Of a stretch of DNA of 64,000 nucleotides, positions 58,430 through 64,000 are shown in pieces (positions within the stretch are counted from its first letter, which is position 1; every line of letters starts with the position of its first letter). The notes below the pieces were generated by a model. The model saw only the letters and a list, made by a program, of their open reading frames with translations, had not been told where the DNA came from and did not search any database. Origin of the DNA: Eledone cirrhosa (lineage: Eukaryota). The DNA is taken from NCBI GenBank assembly GCA_964016885.1, contig OZ024742.1, forward strand, positions 354,640,001 to 354,704,000. Reading direction: 5' to 3'. The position numbers were made by a program, and so were the translations under genes.

Positions 58430-61400
58430 GTAATAAATGGAAACTATATTTATAAAACCATATTTATTTCATCATATATATTTCAAGGATACCAAGTTAA
58501 ATTATGGTATGCCTTCATCAGACAAAATACAATATATAACAGTTTTATAAATAGACATTGTCGTACTCTTTTAAAAGTGACCGTTGCTTTTGGAGGCCAC
58601 CAGGATAGTCGTTTGTTTACTTTAGTAAGTCATAGTGTTATGAGTAAGTAAAAAGATGGAGAGGGGGAGAGAAACGTAGAGAAAAGAAAGGGAGAGATAG
58701 ATAAAGAAAAAGAAGAAAGCAAAAAGAAAAGAGAACAGAGGAAAATAACGGGGAGATATCAAACCATCAGACAGAGAAAAAAACTTAACAGAGTGATATT
58801 TAGAGATAGAGAGAGGAGGAAGAGAACGAAAACCTCAAGTTATGTCATATTAAGTTGAGTTAACAATTGAGATGAAATGAATAAATAAAATTAGAAATAT
58901 TAATATTCATGAATGGAATATAGATATATAATATGAGAAATTACACATTGTTTAATTATGATTAGATATTTAGTTTAAAAATTGAGATCAATATATTAAA
59001 AATTAGAATTTAAACATTATAAAATATATATATTGCTAGAGAAATTACCTATCGTATATCACATACACATAGGCAAAGGTACATAAATATATATATATAC
59101 ACACTCACTCAGAAAATACACATTATCTCTACTCCCGAATATAATATATACATACAAAGCATAAGTGATTTTTTATTTATTGCTATACATTCCTTGTGTT
59201 ATTAATTAAAAATTAAAAATTGTTAGTATATATATATAAATGTATAGGATTAACTTTCATGCATTTATGGCTGTTATAATCATAAAAAGCATATAACACA
59301 TGTATATGCATGTCAACACACATATATAGATACATAAGCCGCATACAGACATAAGTATACATCAATATACAACATAGTACAATTGAGTATGTAAAATACA
59401 AAAGGATTATATTTTGGAAATATAATGATATCAATATAACTTAAAAGGCAAACGAATTCTACAAATATCAAAATACCAAAATATCCCAAAATATTATAGA
59501 ATATTTTAAGTTAAAATAATATGTTTAATATATTTAGTATAGAAATTTATCTTACGTATATTTTAATCAAGATATTGAAAGGACAAACTTTTGAAAATCA
59601 GCTATCAGAATAAAAATAAATCTAATAAAAAAAATATGAGAAGCTATCAGGATAAAAAAATCTAATAAAAAAAAAAAAATAAATGAAAAAAAAAAAAAAA
59701 AAATAATAATAATAATAATAATAATTAAAAAAAAAAAAATAAATAATAAAAAAAAAATAAAAAAATAAAAAATAAAAAAAATAAATAAAAAATAAAATGA
59801 ATATAATAAAAAAATAAAAAAAAAAAATAAAATAAAATATATCAATAAATTTAAAAACAAGGATTCTACAGATATCAAAATATAAAAAAATGAAAAAAAA
59901 AAAAAAAAAAAATTAAAAATAAAAAAAATAAATAAAAAAAAAATGAAAAAAAAAAAAATAAATAAAAAAATAAAAAAATAAAAAAAGTTTAAAAAAAAAA
60001 AAAATTTTAAACAATTTTAAAATATAGAATATTTCAAGCTAAAATATGTTTAGTATAGAAATTTATCTTACGTATATTTTCAAGATATTGAAAGGATAAA
60101 CTTTTCTAGAATAGTTGATTATATTTATAATTATATTTATGAAGAACATTTATACTTGGGTTCTTAACCAAAGAAAATGAAAAAGGTGAAGGAATCTAAT
60201 GATTTATCGACAGGTTTCATATATTAACTAAATTACTTAATTAATTAAACTACATTTTAAATTTATATTTATATTTAAACGTTGAGTTCAATCTATGTCT
60301 GCAGCAACTGAATAAATTATTCCTTAAATTAAGGGAATTTTTGGTCTTTAATATAAAAAATATTTCCTCTAGACAAAGATCACAATTTTCTGAAGAGGAA
60401 CTAAAAGGAGTAGCTTGAGAAATAATTATCCAAATCAGCGAATATTCAATATTATCTCGTTTTAGGACCCATAATAGGCTAGATAGCGAAGTTGAAGATT
60501 TTTTGTTTGGATCTGTAAAATAATTTTTATGATTATTGAAGCGGGATTTAAATTCTGTAGAGGTAGAACCGACATAATTAAATTAATTTAAATTAGTTTT
60601 AACATTACAATTATGAACTACATTTTTAGCTAAGCAGTTGTTATTTAACGGACAGTTGGATTTATTTCTACAGTTACAGTTATTCGATTGAATATTGCTT
60701 GGGTTATTATTGGTATTTTGGTTAGGTTTTAAATTTCTATTATTAATTCTATTAATAGTTTGCGCTAAATTGTTGGTGTAAGTTAATGTTATAGTATGTC
60801 TATTAAAAATTGAGTAATATTTATGTGTTCTAGGGAACCGTTTGTCAAGAGCTTTAAAGAATTGTTTAGCAATAGGGGTTGTAATATTTAGTGAGAAAGG
60901 AAGAGCGAACCATAATATATTCTAGTTCTATTTCTTTTTCAGCTTTCGGAGTTATTGTAATATTTTCTATTATAGTTGTTGAAATTGTTACCATAATTAA
61001 AGTTGTTATTATTTTGGTTATTTTGTATATTATTATTATTATCGATGTATTTAATTTTATTTCTATATCCTGCTCTACCTAACGCTTCGTTGTAATAATG
61101 CGTTTTTTTCATCAAATATATTCTTATTAGATGAAATTCTTGAAATTCGTTCTTGAACAAAGTTCACTATAGTATTTTTAACGGATCTGGGGGTGATTAG
61201 AGTTAAAATTGACATAATTTAAGTTTTCATTTAGGTTGTGAAATGGATAATGAAGACATGTGTTGAGATTTAGTGTTACATCTAGAAAATTGACTATTTT
61301 ATGGTTATTCTCTATTTCTACTTTTAGATTAAGGTAATTAAAAACTTGTATAATTTGTTTTCTTTTTCTATTTAGTTCACAGCTATTATTTTCTATAAGT

Positions 61401-61512
61401 AGAAATGTTATTAATATCGCATATCTACTCCAAATATTCGTCGAGTGCTTTATATCAGTTATAAAAATATTTGCTTGTTGTATCCCAACAATTTAAATAG
61501 ATTTTTTGCATA
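58430..61512 (-). mobile_element. 5'-truncated Naiad-type PLE related to the 43-47 kb family (ORF remnant 60251-61405, HHR 58466-58530, inverted terminal piece 61408-61512)
   Basis: VNFLDVTL; CNCRNKSNCPLNNNCL; CDLCLEE..CCRHR. HHR: attttgt CTGATGA aggcatacca..tggtatcctt GAAA tatata TG atgaaat (triplet mutated). Confidence 0.85.
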
Positions 61513-61724
61513 TATATATATGTATATATGTATATATACATATATATATATACATATATATATACAGATATATATATATATGTAGATAAATCTACCAAAA
61601 TATACGGTAGTGTCCAATCCGTATGAAGAACTCAATGTAATCCGAATATCATGAAAAGAGAAGATGAATTCAAATTTTTTTTTCTTCCCATGAAAAATAC
61701 AGGAAAACAGAGTCAAGAAAAATA

Positions 61725-64000
61725 ATGAATAAAAACAAAGAAACAGTTCCTTATATTAAACAATTCATCATTTTACGATCGTTTCTAGGATATATATGTT
61801 TGTCTTGGTATGTATATCATATAGATCTATGTAAAATGTTTACAAACTATTAGAGGGAATATACATACCTACACATATATATGCTGTCTTCAGAAATAAT
61901 GATATTTGTTTATTGAAAAAACCCAGCAACGATTTAATATAATAGGTCTGTTTGGGAACAGGTTTTGAATTGACCAATAGAAATGTAGTAAGTAGTCAAG
62001 ATGGTAGAATAGTAGTAATAGAACTTTAATTTAGGGGTAGAGGAAAGCAGATTTCAGTTTTTAATGGAAAGAGTATGATGAATGAAAAGATTATTTTAGG
62101 GATGAAAATAGGTCAAGTCGGTAAAAGGTACACGAAAAATTGATCTTATAAAAGAATAATGCTAATGTAAATATCTAAGGAAATAACATTTTACCATAAA
62201 TGTGTTAGTGAAAAATATCAATCTTATTTAAAATATAGGGAATTTACATCTATAAAAAGAAAAGAAATTAATTAAATTGATAGGTATATTTATATTGATA
62301 AATTTATATTAATTCATATAGATATCACAAATAAGAGTTAGATGTAATTGAAGAGTGCTGTTAAAAGCGAAGGGAAAATAAAAAAAATACTAATAATAAT
62401 TATTGGGGGGGGGGGGATTTATTAGTGAGAAATAACAAATTTATATAGATTATAAGGAATATAGAATCATAACCTGACATTAAACTAGTTTATATGTATA
62501 CGTATTGGTATACATTTTAGGAAAAGATAGCTGTAACAGGGAAATAAATTATGCAGTTCATTAGTAGTAGAATATTAATTATAGGTTAACTAATTTAACA
62601 AAAAAAAAAAAAAAAAAAAGTGTTATTATAATAATTTCTAAAGTGTATATTAATTAGGTTTATAATATTTAAAAGTTATTCTCGATTTATGATTACATGA
62701 TATAATTAATTCCTGTCGTTTATTTAATAGGATATCCTTAGATTTCATTATTTCAAAAAGTTCCTGGGAACATAATCCACATTCATATCTATTATTTTGA
62801 TCAGGGGGGGGGGGGGGGCTTTTGAGCACACTCCAGGTCAGGTCATAATCTATATTCCTTTTTCTATAATTATTAATTATTTCAGCTAAAGATGTTTTAA
62901 TAGCTAATGCGGCATTTTTAAAACTGTGTTTGTGGGTATTAAATCTTACTTTAAATTGGTTAGAAGTAGCTCCTATATATGAATAAGTTGAGTCCTTAGT
63001 GTTAATTTTACATTTATATACTATGTTATTAATAAGGCAATTTCATATTAATGGGCAATTTGCTTTGTTTCTACAGTTACAACCTCGTGAATGCTGTATC
63101 AGAGGAGATAGTCAAATTAGGTGTGGAATTTTCACGACTTGTTGTATGTGAATGAGATGTTGGTTTGCTGTGGTTTATTTTAGTATTATGGTTAGTTTGT
63201 TGTATTGGTGGTATATTCATGTTTTTCTTACATGTATATGCATTATAGGCACTTATATTTTGTTGTATATTTTTGGTTGTTGAGTAGGAGAATTTAACTG
63301 TTGATCTATTTAACATTTGATGGTATTTGTGGTTTGGCGGGAAGTTTTTCTCTAGGATAGTAAAAAATTGTTTAGGTATATTATCTTTAATTTGTAGATT
63401 AAATGGAGCATTATACCAAGGAACTCGTCTATTACGGTTTCGATGTTTTTTTATTATTTTTATAGGATGTATCCTGATGTTTATTAAGAGAATTATTGTT
63501 AATGAATTTATTACACATATTTTTAGTTAGATTCATTGATTTAGGGGTTTTAGCCTGTTTATTAGGAATTTTATTATTAACATATATTGGAGTATTAGGA
63601 TGAATAGTTTTTTGAAAGTTACTATATTGTATATTAGAAGAGTTAGAGAAATTAAGTCTATGTTTGTATTTTTGGGTATAGTGTGACTGGCATTTAGGTG
63701 TGTATATTTCATTTGGTGTTTGTTGGTAATATTGGGTTGTATGTTTGTAGTGTTATTGGTACAAGGTATATATACTAATTTGTTTTTGTGGCCACTTCTA
63801 GCTAAAGCTTCGTTATAAAAGGTCGCATTTTTATCAAATACATCCTGGTTAGACGAAAGGTTAGAAATTCTGAGTGAGATATTATATGCTAGGTTTTTAA
63901 GGATAGATTTAGGGTGATTAGATTGTGAGTGTATGTAATGTAAGTTTTGGTTAGGTTTATGGTAAGGTTGGTAGATACCCGTAGTTAAGTCTAATGTTAT
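61725..64000 (-). mobile_element. Naiad-type PLE running off the window (ORF remnant 62650-64000)
   Basis: TLDLTTGIYQPYHKPN..SNHP..RISNLSS; WYNAPF; YIGATSNQFK; LNKRQELIISCNH. Confidence 0.88.
61766..61901 (-). ncRNA. Type I hammerhead with ~100-nt stem II domain
   Basis: cattattt CTGAAGA [101 nt] GAAA cgatcg TA aaatgatg. Confidence 0.7.

Noticed and set aside
59567-60010. Phe/Ile-rich membrane-like ORF
   Set aside because: A-rich expansion inside a duplicated PLE 3' UTR segment.

Overview
AT-rich animal genomic DNA dense in (TA)n, (CA)n and (GA)n microsatellites. The SINE motifs and repeat style suggest a coleoid cephalopod such as Octopus (inference). I can support no host protein-coding gene. 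Most of the window is retroelement-derived. It holds about 8 decayed Penelope-like elements (PLEs) with Naiad-type RT plus C-terminal Zn-finger/GIY-YIG motifs, two other PLE lineages, CRE and RTE LINE fragments, SINEs and a non-autonomous Helitron. The notable signal is an RNA-level system that the ORF track does not show. (i) About 20 type I hammerhead ribozyme (HHR) motifs can be folded by eye, most with palindromic stem III; several unrelated families carry the compensatory U3-A8 core (UUGAAAA) and some have 60-100 nt inserts in stem II. (ii) Non-coding retrozyme-like units occur as a 466-bp tandem dimer and a ~433-bp inverted dimer that share an octamer-HHR-terminal hairpin layout. (iii) Most insertions, from ~100 bp to 5.8 kb, sit in (TA)n as fold-back palindromes with the 3' ends pointing outward. 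Coordinates and identities were read by eye and are approximate.
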